A DNA stretch of 64,000 bases from Terriglobia bacterium. GTDB lineage: Bacteria; Acidobacteriota; Terriglobia; 2-12-FULL-54-10. The notes beneath the pieces are model-generated. The model was given only the letters and a program-made list of their open reading frames with translations, searched no databases and was not told the DNA's origin. The translations under genes were made by a program, and so were the position numbers. Positions 61,878 through 64,000 of the stretch are shown here, one piece after another. Positions within the stretch are counted from its first letter, which is position 1. Each line of letters starts with the position of its first letter. The DNA lies in assembly GCA_963666975.2 (NCBI GenBank), contig CAXVYR010000004.1:608001-672000 (forward strand), in the 5' to 3' direction.

Positions 61878-62690
61878 TCAGATGTCGGCAAAGTCGCCAT
61901 GTCGCCCCTTGCCTTGTGAGAATCTTCTCGCACCCTCTGCCCCTTCGCGGAAATGCACATCGACGCTGTTCGCCCACTCGCACTTGAGTGCCTCGCGGAC
62001 CGTGAGCCCATAGGTCTCGTAGACGTTGCGTCGGTCGGCAAGAACAGCCGCCTGCGGGAAGCGCGCGATCTCTTGGGCCAGCGCTTCAGCGGCCCCGCGC
62101 GCTTTGCCCCTCGGCACCACCTTCTCGCACAGGCCGATGCGTAGCGCTTCTTCAGCAGGAACTTTGCGGCCCGTGAGGATGATCTCCATTGCGCGTCCCG
62201 TTCCGACAAGTCGCGGAAGCCGCACCGTGCCACCATCGAACAGCGGCACCCCCCAACGCCGGCAGTAGACGCCAAAGTAGGCGTCCTCGGCCATGACGCG
62301 GATGTCACACCAAAGCGCAAGCTCCATACCGCCAGCGAGCGCCGGGCCCTCGATCGCCGCAACGACCGGTTTGGACAGTTCGAGGCGCGAGGGTCCTAGC
62401 GGGCCTCGGGGAACCGGCTCCGTGCCTTGCGGGAAGCCTAACCCTTCGACAATTTCACGCTGAAATTTCTCACGATCATCTAGGGTGCTTGCATACTTGA
62501 GATCCCAGCCCGCACAAAACACCCCGCCCGCGCCCCAGAACACCGCAACCTTCGCCTCGGGATCGCGATCGAAAGCCCAGAAAGCCTCCACCAACGCATC
62601 AGCCGTTTCCGGATCAACCGCATTACGGGCGTTAGGGCGATCGTTGATGATGACCGAAACCTGGCCCTTTCTTTCCACAATGACCGTCAT
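61878..62690 (-). CDS. Crotonase/enoyl-CoA hydratase family protein
   Basis: RNAVD, FCAGWDL, AGGMELALWCD, WGVPLFDGGTVRLPR. Confidence 0.92.
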   Translation of the reverse strand: MTVIVERKGQVSVIINDRPNARNAVDPETADALVEAFWAFDRDPEAKVAVFWGAGGVFCAGWDLKYASTLDDREKFQREIVEGLGFPQGTEPVPRGPLGPSRLELSKPVVAAIEGPALAGGMELALWCDIRVMAEDAYFGVYCRRWGVPLFDGGTVRLPRLVGTGRAMEIILTGRKVPAEEALRIGLCEKVVPRGKARGAAEALAQEIARFPQAAVLADRRNVYETYGLTVREALKCEWANSVDVHFREGAEGARRFSQGKGRHGDFADI

Positions 62691-63257
62691 GATCGTCTCC
62701 GTAATAGTGTAATTTTAGGAGCAGAAAAATCGCCTTGCGCCACCGCGTAGCAAACGCAGATAATCGTCTTCCCAGAACCTGAAGGATTGTTCACCGGAAC
62801 AATCTTCCCATTATCCGGAATTAACTTTTTGCCCTTACGGCGGTTGCGAGTATACCCTCGCTTGCCTCCAGTCGAGCCCACCGAGCACAATTGTTTACTC
62901 GAGATGGTCCCGCTGGCTCCCAACCGCCCTTTTCCAGGTCCTGAAAACGCATCGGCCCGGCTGTTTTTTGCTGAAATCGCACGGCCATACGAGCCAACCG
63001 CGCAGTTCCTGGATGCGGGGACTTCCTGCACTTGGTTATGTGTTTGTCGTGACTGTAGTGGGTATATAGGGAGGGTATACCCTGGAGGACCCAGGCCAAG
63101 TCGCCTCCGGCCCTTCCTTTCCATCCCCCTCACAAGTCATTACACCCACTACGGGTCTGCGGAGACGAGGCTTTCAAATTTCTGATCGCTTGTCCCAGTA
63201 GATCCCTATTTGTCAGAAGGCCTACCCCACGACGGAAGCCGCAACTCGGCGCATCTT

Positions 63258-64000
63258 TTACCATTGAGCCGCTGGTCCGCCGAGTTCCACCTGGGCCCCG
63301 GTCGGTTGCATCCCGATTTCGCGGGCCAGAGATGGAACCAGATGGACTACCTTGCCGCCCAGCATGGTCATCAACACCCGCAACTTGGGAATCTCCTCCA
63401 CCGGAACTGTCAGGTAGTCCTGATCGAGCACAATCAGGTCCGCCCATTTGCCCGGCTCCAGCGACCCCAGCACATCTTCCCGCAACGTCCCATAGGCCCC
63501 CCAGAGCGTCGCCGACTTCAACATCGCCCTGCGATCTATCCCTTGTTGCGGTGCGACAACCTTTCCGTCCCAATCTTTTCGGGTAATACCGGAATAAAGA
63601 ACATGGAAAAACGTTAGGTTGGTGTATTCACTAAGGGGCCGGTCAATTTCGACGCTGTTCATGATGCCCGCTTCATAGAGACTCTTGCGAGGAACCACTT
63701 GCATGGCACCCCGCTCGCCGTAATCCCGGAGGACGTCCTGTCCCCTTCCTTCCCAAATAAAAAAGTCCCAACCACTGGTCATCATGCCCAGCTCTTTGTA
63801 CCGTGGGATCTGGTCTGGCCGCGGATACATGGCCATGTGTTCGGTCACATGGCGTTTGGCCCGAATCTCATCCGGCGTCATGCCGGCATCCTTGCTCGCC
63901 TTCTCGATGATGTCCAGGACCCGATCTATCTCCCCATCCCCTATCTGATGGTCTCCCATCAGCCGCCCGCCGGCCTTGATATATTCATAAAGAGCCTTAT
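63258..64000 (-). CDS. YtcJ-like amidohydrolase (paralog AH6), C-terminal part; runs off the window
   Basis: HQIGD, KRHVTEH, EIDRP, GSLEPGKWAD, TMLGG, LAREIGMQP tail shared with AH2-AH5. Confidence 0.85.
   Translation of the reverse strand, partial: KALYEYIKAGGRLMGDHQIGDGEIDRVLDIIEKASKDAGMTPDEIRAKRHVTEHMAMYPRPDQIPRYKELGMMTSGWDFFIWEGRGQDVLRDYGERGAMQVVPRKSLYEAGIMNSVEIDRPLSEYTNLTFFHVLYSGITRKDWDGKVVAPQQGIDRRAMLKSATLWGAYGTLREDVLGSLEPGKWADLIVLDQDYLTVPVEEIPKLRVLMTMLGGKVVHLVPSLAREIGMQPTGAQVELGGPAAQW

Noticed and set aside
62691-63257. Overlapping ORFs of 90-150 aa between the crotonase and AH6
   Set aside because: No recognisable motifs or RBS on either strand; treated as intergenic.

Overview
Bacterial window, inferred to be Acidobacteriota (Oar-type TonB receptor, DUF1592/DUF1552/ankyrin module, RRM/DEAD genes, REP-like repeats). 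Positions 1-16.7 kb hold the minus-strand str-S10-spc ribosomal superoperon from rpsL to map and rpmJ, ending at the probable first codon of rpsM. secY and infA are both missing from their usual slots. The remaining ~47 kb is an accessory region scarred by insertion sequences. It contains a class III cyclase-like protein, a two-domain multicopper oxidase-ZIP-DtxR metal module with a feoB remnant, a DASS transporter and a decayed anthraniloyl/salicyloyl-CoA monooxygenase cluster. It also holds a DUF1592-DUF1552-ankyrin operon disrupted by two clean IS insertions, several MITE-like elements, and six paralogous YtcJ-like amidohydrolases. The five complete amidohydrolases have signal peptides and non-canonical metal-site motifs, and three lie in tandem directly behind a TonB-dependent receptor. 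That receptor-amidohydrolase array is the best candidate for an undescribed system. All calls come from reading the sequence and recalling family motifs; no database searches were run.
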